Shown here piece after piece: positions 28,492 to 38,641 of a stretch of DNA of 44,240 nt (position 1 is the first letter of the stretch; each line of letters begins with the position of its first letter). The stretch comes from Parcubacteria group bacterium M10-OD1-1 (GTDB lineage Bacteria; Patescibacteriota; Minisyncoccia; Moranbacterales; UBA2206). The position numbers and the translations under genes are program-made. The notes below the pieces were generated by a model. It was not told the DNA's origin. It saw only the letters and a program-made list of their open reading frames with translations, and searched no databases. The stretch lies in assembly GCA_003056145.1 (NCBI GenBank), contig LSNL01000007.1, positions 1 through 44,240 of the forward strand, given 5' to 3'.

Positions 28492-28533
28492 TCATTTTTC
28501 TCTTAATTTAATCAATCATCACTAATTAAAAAT

Positions 28534-28725
28534 ATGCCAAAATTAAAAACTAAAAAAGCCTTAGTTAAAAAAATTAAAGTTACTAAAAATAAAAAAGTTA
28601 CTAGAAGAAAAACTGGACAAAACCATCTTAATTCTAAAGAAAATGGTAAAACTGGACGAAATAAAAAAAAATCCACTCGCCTCTTTAGAACTGACGAAAA
28701 GAATGTTTTGAAAGCTTTAGTTTAA
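28534..28725 (+). CDS. rpmI: 50S ribosomal protein L35
   Basis: MPKLKTKKALVKKIKVT, GQNHLNSK; between infC and rplT. Confidence 0.95.
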   Translation: MPKLKTKKALVKKIKVTKNKKVTRRKTGQNHLNSKENGKTGRNKKKSTRLFRTDEKNVLKALV

Positions 28726-28756
28726 TAATTGGAATTAATATTTAGATAATAAAAAA

Positions 28757-29101
28757 ATGACTAGAATAAAACGCGGAGTTGCCGCTAAAAAACGAAGAAA
28801 AAACCTCTTGGCTGATGCTAAAGGTTACCGATGGGGACGCAAATCTAATTATGCCACTGCTAAACAAGCAGTAATAAAAGCTGGACGCTACGCTTTTAGA
28901 GATAGAAAAGTTAAAAAAAGATTAATGAGAAGACTCTGGATAACTAGATTAAATATTGCCTTAAGAGAACTAGGCTTAAAATATAGCACTTTCATTAAAA
29001 CTTTAACTAAAAAAGATATTGAGTTAGACAGAAAAGTTCTTTCTCAGATGGCAGTAGAAAATCCTCAAGTCTTTGAAAAATTTATTGAAACCCTTAAATA
29101 A
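28757..29101 (+). CDS. rplT: 50S ribosomal protein L20
   Basis: MTRIKRGV, AKGYRWGR, YAFRDRKVKKR, LDRKVLS. Confidence 0.98.
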   Translation: MTRIKRGVAAKKRRKNLLADAKGYRWGRKSNYATAKQAVIKAGRYAFRDRKVKKRLMRRLWITRLNIALRELGLKYSTFIKTLTKKDIELDRKVLSQMAVENPQVFEKFIETLK

Positions 29102-29109
29102 ATTGCCTT

Positions 29110-29140
29110 AAAAAAACTCTGGTTTTAACCAGAGTTTTTT
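29110..29140. terminator. Bidirectional terminator
   Basis: AAAAAACTCTGGTT-TT-AACCAGAGTTTTTT. Confidence 0.85.
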
Positions 29141-29324
29141 ATTTTTTGAAAATAACTTCTTTAATCAATCGTTGGAAAGCATAGAAAGGAAGCCAAATCC
29201 AAAGAGTCTTTCTAGACCACTTGTTCCAGAAAAGATTGGCGTTAGTAGCAATATATTCAATAATCAAATAGAGACTAAAGAAAAAAATTCCTCCAATTAG
29301 TATTAATACTAGATATTTATTCAT
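29139..29324 (-). CDS. Small membrane protein
   Basis: 61 aa with hydrophobic N-terminus; start overlaps the HAD gene stop. Confidence 0.65.
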   Translation of the reverse strand: MNKYLVLILIGGIFFFSLYLIIEYIATNANLFWNKWSRKTLWIWLPFYAFQRLIKEVIFKK

Positions 29325-30040
29325 AATATTTTATTAATAGTTTTTAAACAATTAGTTACCTCATAAATAATATCTTTCTTCTCAACAATAATTCTCCAGT
29401 TTTTTTCTTTTGCTATAATTTGTAAATTCAAATTGGGATTAAAAGCAATTGGATGATCAACTATAGCTAAAAATTTAGCATCTGACTCGGTATCTCCCAT
29501 TCCATAAGAATCTTTTAAAGTTAGATTATTCTCTAAGACATATTGATTGACTACATGTCCTTTATGAATTGTTGGCTCAAAAGCAGCTTGTCCAGTATAA
29601 ACACCCATTTCGTCAACAGCATAAACTGAACCATAAACCTCATCAAAGCCTAAATATTTATTATATTCCTCTACTACTTCAATAGGAGAGCCAGAAACAG
29701 CAATAATATGATAATTCTCTTTTCTTAGTTTCTTTATTAATCTAGTCGCGAAAATATAAGTTCTATTTTTAAAAAAAGGAACAACTATTTGGCTAGCTTT
29801 AATAATATCCTCTTTTTTTTGACCTTTAAGGTTTTTAACATAAAGAGTAACTAGAGCTTTTCTATACTCCTCGTAAGTTCCTTTGTGGTCGAGCCATTTA
29901 GAATACAATACTACTAATTCTTGACGAACATTCTTCTTAAAAATCTTCATCCAAACTAGCTCATTAATTAATTCAAAAGCTAAGTTCTTTCTAAAAATTG
30001 TACCATCTATATCAAAAACGGCAATTTTTTGTTTTTCCAT
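29321..30040 (-). CDS. HAD-IB family hydrolase (SerB-like)
   Basis: AVFDIDGT, VSGSP, K, GDTESD, PIAFNP. Confidence 0.92.
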   Translation of the reverse strand: MEKQKIAVFDIDGTIFRKNLAFELINELVWMKIFKKNVRQELVVLYSKWLDHKGTYEEYRKALVTLYVKNLKGQKKEDIIKASQIVVPFFKNRTYIFATRLIKKLRKENYHIIAVSGSPIEVVEEYNKYLGFDEVYGSVYAVDEMGVYTGQAAFEPTIHKGHVVNQYVLENNLTLKDSYGMGDTESDAKFLAIVDHPIAFNPNLNLQIIAKEKNWRIIVEKKDIIYEVTNCLKTINKIL

Positions 30041-30057
30041 TTTTAATTATTTACTCT

Positions 30058-30549
30058 TTATTTTAAAATTTGATAAACAGCAACTCCAGCTGCTACCGAA
30101 ACATTCAAAGATTCTTTTTTCCCTCGCATCGGGAGAAAAACAGTTTTATCACACTGATTTAAAATATCTTCTTCCACTCCTTTTATTTCATTACCTAATA
30201 TTAAAGCACAAGGGAAATTAATTTTGGCTTCTCCTAACTTCTCAGCCTTATTATTTTTCTCTAAAGCAATTAGAGAAATTTTTTGTTGTTTAAGCTCTTT
30301 AATTAAATCTTTTATACTATTTTTCTTCTCCCAATCTACAAAGTTCTCAGCACCTAAAGCAGTTTTAGCAATCATTTTTTGTGGTTTAGTTGGTTCTTTT
30401 TCTGTTTTATCTTTTTCCAAAAAAGGTGCTTGAGTGTAACCAGTTAAATAAACTTTTTTAGCACCTACTCCATCAGCTGTTCTGAGAATAGCTCCTACAT
30501 TATGAGCACTTCTAATATCATTAGCTATTAAATATAATTCTTTTTTCAT
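30058..30549 (-). CDS. SpoU/TrmH family RNA methyltransferase
   Basis: SAHNVGAILRTA, LGNEIKGV, ESLNVSVAAG. Confidence 0.93.
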   Translation of the reverse strand: MKKELYLIANDIRSAHNVGAILRTADGVGAKKVYLTGYTQAPFLEKDKTEKEPTKPQKMIAKTALGAENFVDWEKKNSIKDLIKELKQQKISLIALEKNNKAEKLGEAKINFPCALILGNEIKGVEEDILNQCDKTVFLPMRGKKESLNVSVAAGVAVYQILK

Positions 30550-30553
30550 TTTA

Positions 30554-31222
30554 TTAAAACCTCAAATATTTTTCCCAGTATTCATATAATTCTTTAGTCG
30601 CTACAATATCTCTGGCGCAATAACGAGCAATTTCCAAATATTTTTTTTCTTTATAAAAATCTTTTACCATAGAACCTTCTATTCCTTCCTCCTTAGGGCT
30701 TTTAATCCCAAAACTTTTAGTATAAAACTCTAAATTAAATCGTCGTGTAGCTCCATAAAAAGTAAGTTGCTCTAAAAGATCACAATGCGACTTATAATCA
30801 AATCGATAACCCATTAAATTTTTACTAACCCTAACTTTATTAATAGCACTTCTCATCATCAAGAAAGGAACATCAAAACTACGACCATTGAAAGTAATCA
30901 CCTGCTCATAAGTTTTAATAATTTCCCAGAATTTTTCTAGTATTCCTTTTTCATTTCCCGCCTCAAAAATAATTCCGTTTTCTTCAAATTTTTCTATTTT
31001 TGTTCCATTAGTCTGAAATAAAACATAGCCTTTCTGGGTTTCTGGGTTTAGCATCCCAATAGTTACTACTTCTCCTGTCAAAGGAGACAAGGCTAAACTA
31101 TTTTTAACTTTTTCTTCCTCCTCTTTTGTTTGACTGTACTTTAATAGATAGTTCTGACTTTTTTGATCATACTTCTCAAAATCAAAACCAATTGTTTCAA
31201 TATCAACAACTACTTTAGACAT
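30554..31222 (-). CDS. DEDD 3'-5' exonuclease (PolB-exonuclease-like)
   Basis: VVVDIET, TFNGRSFDVPF, HCDL, YCARDIVAT. Confidence 0.9.
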   Translation of the reverse strand: MSKVVVDIETIGFDFEKYDQKSQNYLLKYSQTKEEEEKVKNSLALSPLTGEVVTIGMLNPETQKGYVLFQTNGTKIEKFEENGIIFEAGNEKGILEKFWEIIKTYEQVITFNGRSFDVPFLMMRSAINKVRVSKNLMGYRFDYKSHCDLLEQLTFYGATRRFNLEFYTKSFGIKSPKEEGIEGSMVKDFYKEKKYLEIARYCARDIVATKELYEYWEKYLRF

Positions 31223-31253
31223 AAAATATTATTTATAAATCGCCTTAGAATAA

Positions 31254-31430
31254 TTAAACTGCTTTCATTTTAGCATAGATACCATAGATACCTACTACAA
31301 TAGCGATTAAAATCCATTGAGTTCCTGCTAAACCAAAAATATTATTCTGAGTAAAAAAAACATACCCAGAAAAAATAATCGTTAGGATAGAAATCCCCAT
31401 TAAAATATCGCTTGTTTTTTGATTGTTCAT
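31254..31430 (-). CDS. 58-aa two-TM membrane protein (not in ORF track)
   Basis: MNNQKTSDILMGISILTIIFSGYVFFTQNNIFGLAGTQWILIAIVVGIYGIYAKMKAV*; SD AAAGGAGG upstream. Confidence 0.8.
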   Translation of the reverse strand: MNNQKTSDILMGISILTIIFSGYVFFTQNNIFGLAGTQWILIAIVVGIYGIYAKMKAV

Positions 31431-31503
31431 AATACACCTCCTTTCTTTTTTCTTGCTTTAATTATAGCATATTATCAAGCAAACATAAATACTAATAAGT
31501 TTA

Positions 31504-32526
31504 CTATTCTACTCTCTGATCAGCAAACATTTTTTTCGCTGCATTCCAAAGTTCTGGATGATTTCTTTCAGTTTTTAGCCAATACCACCATTCTACTCCC
31601 CAAAGATAAATCGATGGAAAACCCACTTCCCGAGCATATTTCACATTAGCTTTTAATTTTTTAACATTCATAGAAGCAAATTGTTCTTTTAGTGGTTTAC
31701 TGACCGTCCAACCAGAAATCCATGGCTCTGCTTGTAATTCAATGACAATAGCCCTATCTTGACCAGCTAGGAGTTTAATCAAACCGTATTTAAATCTAAA
31801 AAATCTTGGTCCAATCGGATAAGTAAAAAATCCAAAACCATTTTTATAAATAGTTCTATACATTGTAGTTCCAAAAATATCGGCTCTCTTAGCCGCTTTC
31901 ACCCAAAGACTTAACTCTCCACTATCTGTAACAATAATTTTCCTAGAGGGATCAATTCTTCGTGCTAAAGCCAGCTCACTATCTAAAAGTTTAGCGTCTG
32001 GTTTTGGACAAATACCAAACTTAAGGAAAGGTTCATTTTCAATTTGCCAATTCTTTATTTCTGGTTCATTTTTATATCTATTAAGTGTGACATCAATAAA
32101 TTTTAATAAGTCTTCTTTTCTAGCTTGATTATTGTGTTGATCCCATTTTGGGATATCACATTCTGGCCAACGAGGCACTTTTTGTCCAACTACTAATATA
32201 ATATCGGCCTTTCTTTTTCTAGCTTCTGCTAATTGCCAATCCACATCTGAAAAATCATATTGACCCTTAGTTTTTTCCACCAAATCCCAATAAACTGGTA
32301 TTCGAATTCTTCTAACATTTAAATCATCTAAAACAGCTAAATAAGCTTGTTTCCAATTCATTCCTAAATCTGAAGCATACCGACTAGAAAAAGTAACTCC
32401 CAATTGAGCTTTTTTATTTTCTTTCCTAACTGGAATATTGAAATAAATAAATAGTAAAATTGCTCCAGCTAAAAGAGCTAATACTAACCAACCAATTATC
32501 TTTAAAATTTTTTTGAGAATTTTCAT
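31504..32526 (-). CDS. Membrane-anchored clan GH-A glycoside hydrolase
   Basis: N-terminal TM; RIRIPVYWDLVE; QIENEPF (acid/base); IELQAEPW (nucleophile). Confidence 0.85.
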   Translation of the reverse strand: MKILKKILKIIGWLVLALLAGAILLFIYFNIPVRKENKKAQLGVTFSSRYASDLGMNWKQAYLAVLDDLNVRRIRIPVYWDLVEKTKGQYDFSDVDWQLAEARKRKADIILVVGQKVPRWPECDIPKWDQHNNQARKEDLLKFIDVTLNRYKNEPEIKNWQIENEPFLKFGICPKPDAKLLDSELALARRIDPSRKIIVTDSGELSLWVKAAKRADIFGTTMYRTIYKNGFGFFTYPIGPRFFRFKYGLIKLLAGQDRAIVIELQAEPWISGWTVSKPLKEQFASMNVKKLKANVKYAREVGFPSIYLWGVEWWYWLKTERNHPELWNAAKKMFADQRVE

Positions 32527-32572
32527 AGATATTAAATTATTTTTTAATTTTTATTTAAATTAGTAAACTTTT

Positions 32573-33499
32573 TTATTTAAATTTAGAAATTAAAACTATC
32601 CCAGTTGTAATAATTATAATCGCCAATATTTTTTGGATAATGCTTTCTGAATCTCTTTTTTCTTTAAATACCTTTGGTAGCCAAAAAGAAAAAGATAGCC
32701 CCAATAGAAAAATAAAAATGTATTCTGTAGAAACTAAGGCATTAACAATCGTTACACTACCGATAGAAGTTGCGTATTCTTTTACAATAGAGCCTGTTCC
32801 CCCTAAGGCTTTATTCAAAACAAATAAAATTCCAGAAAATTTATTTTTCGTTGAAGGTTTTTTAAACTTAAGAAAAGAATTTAAAATTAATTTTCTCCAA
32901 ACTGGAACAACTAAAAGACTTAAGGCTCCTAATAAAACTCCAAATCTAGTCCAAATATAAACATTGATAAAATTATCGTGGTTGTAAAATTCTTTAAAAA
33001 CAGTGTAAGAAATAGCTAATAAAATACCAGCAATGATAGAATGGGCAAAACCCACAAAAAATTTACGAGAATTTTTGGATGAAAGATCTAAGGATATACC
33101 TAAGCCCCCAATAATTAACATCCCCACTCCAATAACTTCTAGTTTTCCCAGGTGCTCACTAATAATAAGTCCTGAAGATAAAAATAACGTTACCATAGGA
33201 ACAACCGCTCCAACAACAGGGATAACTCTACTAGCCTCACTCTTATTAATAGCAAAAAATAACGCTAGAATAGCATAGACAAAAATAATTCCAGCCACCA
33301 AACTGGCTATTATTTTATTTCCACTAATCATATGAAATCCAAAAGGGAAAAAAGCTAAAGCAAACAAGCTAAGAATACCTGTATAAAAAGTATAAATAGC
33401 TGGGTGAGAAACTCTTTTAGAAGTAAGTAAAAACTTATCCATAATCACTTCTAGAGCGATTAAAAAATAAGCACTAACGGCAATTGGCAACCAAGCCAT
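32573..33499 (-). CDS. EamA/DMT family transporter
   Basis: About 10 hydrophobic segments, two-repeat layout, EASRV.P motif. Confidence 0.8.
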   Translation of the reverse strand: MAWLPIAVSAYFLIALEVIMDKFLLTSKRVSHPAIYTFYTGILSLFALAFFPFGFHMISGNKIIASLVAGIIFVYAILALFFAINKSEASRVIPVVGAVVPMVTLFLSSGLIISEHLGKLEVIGVGMLIIGGLGISLDLSSKNSRKFFVGFAHSIIAGILLAISYTVFKEFYNHDNFINVYIWTRFGVLLGALSLLVVPVWRKLILNSFLKFKKPSTKNKFSGILFVLNKALGGTGSIVKEYATSIGSVTIVNALVSTEYIFIFLLGLSFSFWLPKVFKEKRDSESIIQKILAIIIITTGIVLISKFK

Positions 33500-33609
33500 A
33501 AAAAAATTAACTTAAAAATTTATTTTACTTTAACTAACTTTTTAATTCTACACTAATATTCAAATATAAAAAAGACTGCTAAAGCAATCTTTTTAAAAAA
33601 TATTTTGTT

Positions 33610-34359
33610 TTAAGAATTTAATCTATAAAAATAAAAACTAACGTCACTAATCCATTTTTTAACCCCTTGAGGATTATGTCCGCGACAAGTTGACCCACAT
33701 TTCCAAACAATCATTTTCTGAGGAGTGTTAATTTTTTGACTAATCAAATTTTCAATTCTTCCTCCAACAATAGACACCGCCTGTTGTGGATTATCAAAAC
33801 AGCTATAGCCAGATTTTGTTGGATTGTATCGCCCCCTATAGCCCCAATAATTATAACAATCTCTCCCGTTCTTTTTTGGCGAATATTTCCCCCAATTACT
33901 TTCCTTTTTAGCAATTCCAATTAAAAAAGCAGCTACTCGTTTATTTTTTTTAGCAATTTCTGGTACCATATTTTCCATTGGATAGCCAGTAATCATTTCT
34001 TTGTATCGTTCTATTTTTTCTTTTGTTTTTTGATTACTACTTCTTATTACTTGGCCAACGGACAAACAAAGCTTAGTATTGGCTGTTGAAGTTGGAATTT
34101 TTATTATTCCTTTTCCAATTTTTTGACCAGGATTAAAAATCTTTAAATTAATTCCAGGCTGAGAAATATTTTTCTGTGCATACGCTTTATCATCTAAAAA
34201 GACAGAAAAAAATAGCCTTAAACCTATTAGTGTAAGAATAGCTAACCATAATATATTTTGTTGTTTCTTCCCGAATAATCTTTTTAAATTATTTTTAGCT
34301 TTTCGCCAATTAATAAAAAGATTGATTTTTCTTCGACTTTTCAGGAAATAATCATCCAT
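33610..34359 (-). CDS. Membrane-anchored lysozyme-fold (GH73/glucosaminidase-like) protein, paralog 1
   Basis: TM; GIAKKESNWGK...CYNYWGY...CFDNP; WKCG..C. Start uncertain (ATG 34359 vs track 34398). Confidence 0.7.
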   Translation of the reverse strand: MDDYFLKSRRKINLFINWRKAKNNLKRLFGKKQQNILWLAILTLIGLRLFFSVFLDDKAYAQKNISQPGINLKIFNPGQKIGKGIIKIPTSTANTKLCLSVGQVIRSSNQKTKEKIERYKEMITGYPMENMVPEIAKKNKRVAAFLIGIAKKESNWGKYSPKKNGRDCYNYWGYRGRYNPTKSGYSCFDNPQQAVSIVGGRIENLISQKINTPQKMIVWKCGSTCRGHNPQGVKKWISDVSFYFYRLNS

Positions 34360-34527
34360 TAGTTTTTCATTTCTGGAATGTCCCCGCTTTAAACTCAATA
34401 GTTATCATCAAGATTTTCAACATCCAGTAGTTTTTAAACGACCAAAGTAGTCTAGCACTCTGACATTTCTTGTCAATAGATGATTTTATTGTTATTTTTC
34501 CTTTATTTTATTGTCTTAAATGAGTTA

Positions 34528-35595
34528 TTAAAGTCTATTTAACCTTTGAAATTCTTTAAAATATATATTCACATCACTCACCCATTTATTTACTGCTTTT
34601 GGACTATCCCAAGAACAATCATAACCACATTTCCAAATAACTACCATTTTTCTAGGATTGTTTATTTTTTCTTTAGTTACTAGATAATTAATTCTTCTAG
34701 CTACTGTATCAACTGCATCTTTTGGACTATTAAAACAAGTATGCCCTCCGCTACCCATTTTTTTTCGCTTAGCTCTAAAACCCCAATAGTTAAAACAGTC
34801 TTGTCCCTTATAGACTGGCACTCTCCTCCCCCAGTTACTTTCTTTCCTTGCAATTCCTACTAAAAAGGCAGCCACTGTTTTATTTTGTTTAGCTATATAA
34901 GGAATCATTTTTTCAATTGGATAACCTTTCAACATTTTCTGAAGATTTTTTTCAGTTCTTCTCTGTTCTGCAGTTTCGTTTTGTTTCTTATAGTTATCAA
35001 CAATTTTAGTATTTTCTTTTCCCGATCTACCTCCCCTAAACCTCTCCATGCTCTCGCCAAGAACCATTCCTTGATTACTCTTTTTTGAGAACTGAGATTG
35101 AGAAGTATTGTTTTGAGCTAAAACTTGTTTAGAAACAGCTTCCGCTCCTTGACCTAAATAACGATAAATGAAAGTCATTAAAAACATTCCAAAAAATAAA
35201 GCTGTAACAATGGAAAGATTCCACATTTTAACAGCTGATACACCTTGAACAGAGCCCCTAAAAAAATCTTTAAGATAATTACTTCCATTAGCATATCTTT
35301 TTTGAATTTGCCTATAAAGGTCAAAACTTTGTTGCTTATAAATTTCCTTATAAGAGCTTTTTTTAGCTGGTTGAATACCATCTAAATTGCGTAGATATAA
35401 AGATTTTTTATTTTTTACAAAATGATATTCTACACTCTCTGTTATAAAGTCGTTAGATATGCCATATTTAGAAAAAAGAGTGGAAGAATTTTTATATTTC
35501 CCAATAAATTTAACTAACGGCAGATCAAAATCTGATTTTGGTGTTTTATTATTATAAAAAATATCTATTATTTTTGGTCTTTGAAAATTTTTCAT
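34528..35595 (-). CDS. Membrane-anchored lysozyme-fold (GH73/glucosaminidase-like) protein, paralog 2
   Basis: Central TM; GIARKESNWGR...CFNYWGF...CFNSP; WKCG.DC. Confidence 0.75.
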   Translation of the reverse strand: MKNFQRPKIIDIFYNNKTPKSDFDLPLVKFIGKYKNSSTLFSKYGISNDFITESVEYHFVKNKKSLYLRNLDGIQPAKKSSYKEIYKQQSFDLYRQIQKRYANGSNYLKDFFRGSVQGVSAVKMWNLSIVTALFFGMFLMTFIYRYLGQGAEAVSKQVLAQNNTSQSQFSKKSNQGMVLGESMERFRGGRSGKENTKIVDNYKKQNETAEQRRTEKNLQKMLKGYPIEKMIPYIAKQNKTVAAFLVGIARKESNWGRRVPVYKGQDCFNYWGFRAKRKKMGSGGHTCFNSPKDAVDTVARRINYLVTKEKINNPRKMVVIWKCGYDCSWDSPKAVNKWVSDVNIYFKEFQRLNRL

Positions 35596-35624
35596 TTTTT
35601 ATTGTTGGACTACCTTTATTTTAT

Positions 35625-36533
35625 TTATTGTATCATTTTTTTGGTTTTTTGGCTATAAATCATTAAGCCTCCAGCCAAGAGAATCATCAGAAAACTTAAC
35701 ATTTGACCCATCGTTAAAAAACCTAGCAGATAACCTATTTGTTGATCTGGTTGACGAAAAAATTCCGCTATAATTCTAGCAATAGCATAACCAAAAAGAT
35801 AGAAAGCTAAAAGATTAGGCTGATATTTTTTATTATTTCTAATGCTCCATAAAATAAAGAATAAAAGTAATCCTTCTAAAATAGCTTCTATCAATTGAGA
35901 GGGATATCGCAAAGAATGGGTATAATCATTAGGGAAATACATTCCCCAACTACCAGTTGTTATTCTTCCATAAAGTTCTCCGTTAAGAAAATTTCCTATC
36001 CTACCAAAAAAATAGCCAGCAGGAACAGCTGGAATAATAAAATTAGCTAATCGCAAAAAATAAAGTTTATTTTTGTTCGCAAAGATTAAAGCCATTATTA
36101 AAACACCTATCAGCCCTCCATGATAGCTCATTCCATAAAAACCGATGAATTGATGGGTAATAGGATCAAATGGAGAAATTATAGCTAAAGGATTCTTCCA
36201 ATAATACGCTAAGTTATAGAAAAGAACATAGCCTATCCGACCACCCAATATTACTCCGAAAAAAGCATACGCCAAAAAATCAAAGATTAGAGTCTGCAAT
36301 CTAGCTTGGTTTTGAGGATTAAAAGATGAGACACCTTTATTTGAGGATTTCCACCAAAAAATATTATTTTTTAGTTCTCCTTTTTTTATTCGCCAATCTA
36401 ATAAAAAATAGACAGTTACAAATCCCACCAAGTACATCAAACTATACCAACCAATATTCAAGGACCCAACAGAAAAAGCCACTGGATTTAAATGTTCAGG
36501 GATATGCTGAAAATTGTAAATAAAATTGTTCAT
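35625..36533 (-). CDS. lgt: Prolipoprotein diacylglyceryl transferase
   Basis: WYSLMY, GGRIGYVLFY, GMSYHGG, GRIGNFLNGELYGR, YPSQL, EFFRQPD. Confidence 0.97.
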   Translation of the reverse strand: MNNFIYNFQHIPEHLNPVAFSVGSLNIGWYSLMYLVGFVTVYFLLDWRIKKGELKNNIFWWKSSNKGVSSFNPQNQARLQTLIFDFLAYAFFGVILGGRIGYVLFYNLAYYWKNPLAIISPFDPITHQFIGFYGMSYHGGLIGVLIMALIFANKNKLYFLRLANFIIPAVPAGYFFGRIGNFLNGELYGRITTGSWGMYFPNDYTHSLRYPSQLIEAILEGLLLFFILWSIRNNKKYQPNLLAFYLFGYAIARIIAEFFRQPDQQIGYLLGFLTMGQMLSFLMILLAGGLMIYSQKTKKMIQ

Positions 36534-36567
36534 ATTACCTTTATAATTCTAGCATTTTTTTAAACAT

Positions 36568-36596
36568 AAAAAAAACCGTCCCTCAAGGACGGTTTC
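36568..36596 (-). terminator. Intrinsic terminator after the beta-helix gene
   Basis: AAACCGTCC-CTCAA-GGACGGTTT with a U-run on the minus strand. Confidence 0.8.
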
Positions 36597-36608
36597 CATA
36601 GATATTTC

Positions 36609-37580
36609 TTATTTTACAAAAATAATCCGAGAAATGCTTCCAAAAATATTTCTACTAAATTCATTCTTACTTCCAAAAGTTAAATATTTATTCCACAAAT
36701 TACTATTAAACCTACCTGAAGTTCTCTGAATTTTGGCAACTGCGTATCGATGGTTACCAATAATTTTTGATTTAGCGATATTGATTCTCCCATTTCCACC
36801 GAAAAAAGAAATTTCAATGCCTTCTCTTTTATTTTTTCTGATACTATTTTTTTTCATCCAAATATTAGAAGTTCCTATTGTTAATTTAAATCCACTTCCC
36901 TTATTATCCTTTATAGAATTTTCAGCAATCCAAGCGCTTGTTCCAGCAGCCAAATCTACTCCATCTCCTCTGTTGTTAAGAACATCACTATCCATCAAAA
37001 CAACTCTTCTTGGCCCCATACTATAAATTCCAGACTTTCCATTGTTTCTGATTCTAGTCTTTGAAATATAGATTCCATTAGATTTTTTCGTGTTCCCACC
37101 TTCAATTAAAACTCCGTCTTTTTTATTATATTTAATCACACAATCAATAATAGAAGATTTAGCATGACTGCCTACTCGAATCCCTTGTTTACCTCGCTTA
37201 ATCGTAAACCCGTCAATTTCACTGTCATCTTCCATTCTTACTGTTGCCCATTTACTTTTTTTAGCTTTAATGATAGTCCTGTCTCTATCTTCTCCAAAAA
37301 GTTTTACGCCCTTTTTAAGAGTTATATTTTCATTATATTCACCTTTAGCTACATGAATTTCTGTTCTTTTGTCCGCTTCATTTAAAGCTTGATTAATTGT
37401 CTTATACGGATGCTCAACAGAACCATTTTCTTCTCCATTGGCCTTAATATTAACATAGATATCAGTCTTATGGCTTGAAAAGGCAAAAACAGGCAGACTC
37501 AATATGACAACTGCGGTTAGACCTATGACATATAACTTAATCTTGTTTCGTTTTTTCATTTTCTGTTCTAATTTTTTCAT
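36609..37580 (-). CDS. Secreted right-handed beta-helix (pectin-lyase-like, DUF1565-type N-terminus) protein
   Basis: Signal/TM; GSVEHPYKTINQAL; repeated I..N...G units. Start uncertain (37580 or 37559). Confidence 0.85.
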   Translation of the reverse strand: MKKLEQKMKKRNKIKLYVIGLTAVVILSLPVFAFSSHKTDIYVNIKANGEENGSVEHPYKTINQALNEADKRTEIHVAKGEYNENITLKKGVKLFGEDRDRTIIKAKKSKWATVRMEDDSEIDGFTIKRGKQGIRVGSHAKSSIIDCVIKYNKKDGVLIEGGNTKKSNGIYISKTRIRNNGKSGIYSMGPRRVVLMDSDVLNNRGDGVDLAAGTSAWIAENSIKDNKGSGFKLTIGTSNIWMKKNSIRKNKREGIEISFFGGNGRINIAKSKIIGNHRYAVAKIQRTSGRFNSNLWNKYLTFGSKNEFSRNIFGSISRIIFVK

Positions 37581-37711
37581 TGTATTATATTTATTATTAA
37601 CATCCAATGATAACAAACATTTAATAGTTTTGTCAATGTTTGAAAAATAAAAAACCACCCTTTAAAATTAGAGTGGTTCTTAATTAAGGAATTTAGCTAA
37701 ATCCTAATTAC

Positions 37712-38641
37712 CTATTTATTACTAGTCTCACTATTTGAAGTGCTATTTGTGGTAGTTGTTTTTGAAAAAGTGGCAGAAAAATCAGTTTTAGCTTTTTCAA
37801 TGGCAGTTTTAAAATTATCTCTCGCTACTTGCATTGCTTGTTGTCGGGTTTTAATTAGAGCTCTAATTTGCTCACCGATATTTTTAAATTGTTGCATCTT
37901 TTTTTGTCTATTATTTTTCATAGATTGCATTTCTGTTTGTAACTCAGTTTTCATAGATTGAACATTAACTTCTCCTTTTTCACAAGCATTTTTAGCCTTA
38001 TTAAAAGCTTCTACTCTATTAGATTGCATAGTTACAATAGCACTATTTATAATTGACATTCTTTGTGAAAGCAATTTCATTAAGCCTTCTCTAAAATTAG
38101 TAATTGCTTTAGTTGTAGCTTCTCTTCTGATTTTAGTAGCTGATTCAATAGCATTCTCAAAACTAGCCACTGCTGATTTTTGTTCTGCTGTTTGCGCTCT
38201 TTTATCTAATAAATCAAAACTTTTTTTAAGATGAGAATCTACTTTAGTTCTCCACTGATTTCTTTGGGTGTCTATATTTTTTTGTCGTTCTTGCAAACGT
38301 GCTTCCCTTTGAGCTATTCTCCCTTGAATTTCTTTTTTATGAGTATTCATTTTTTGACTGAAAGTTGAATTTTCCTCATTAATTCTTTCACAAAAACGAG
38401 CACTTCTTTTTTGTATTTTTGCTCCAGTTTTTTTAGAATGATTTTCTTGTGAATTACTTTCTTGACGAACATATTTATTGATTGAATGTATCTGAGCTAC
38501 TGGTCCATTATGACCTTCAGTCATCTCCATTGAATCAGCTGAAACGCTTTGAAAAGCGATAAATACCGCTGAAATAACCACTACTGAAATTAGCATTTTT
38601 TGTTTAAACTTAATTTGAATCATATATTTGATTAAGGTCAT
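37712..38641 (-). CDS. Secreted long coiled-coil protein
   Basis: Signal peptide, ~230 aa helical heptads, S/T-rich tail. Confidence 0.8.
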   Translation of the reverse strand: MTLIKYMIQIKFKQKMLISVVVISAVFIAFQSVSADSMEMTEGHNGPVAQIHSINKYVRQESNSQENHSKKTGAKIQKRSARFCERINEENSTFSQKMNTHKKEIQGRIAQREARLQERQKNIDTQRNQWRTKVDSHLKKSFDLLDKRAQTAEQKSAVASFENAIESATKIRREATTKAITNFREGLMKLLSQRMSIINSAIVTMQSNRVEAFNKAKNACEKGEVNVQSMKTELQTEMQSMKNNRQKKMQQFKNIGEQIRALIKTRQQAMQVARDNFKTAIEKAKTDFSATFSKTTTTNSTSNSETSNK

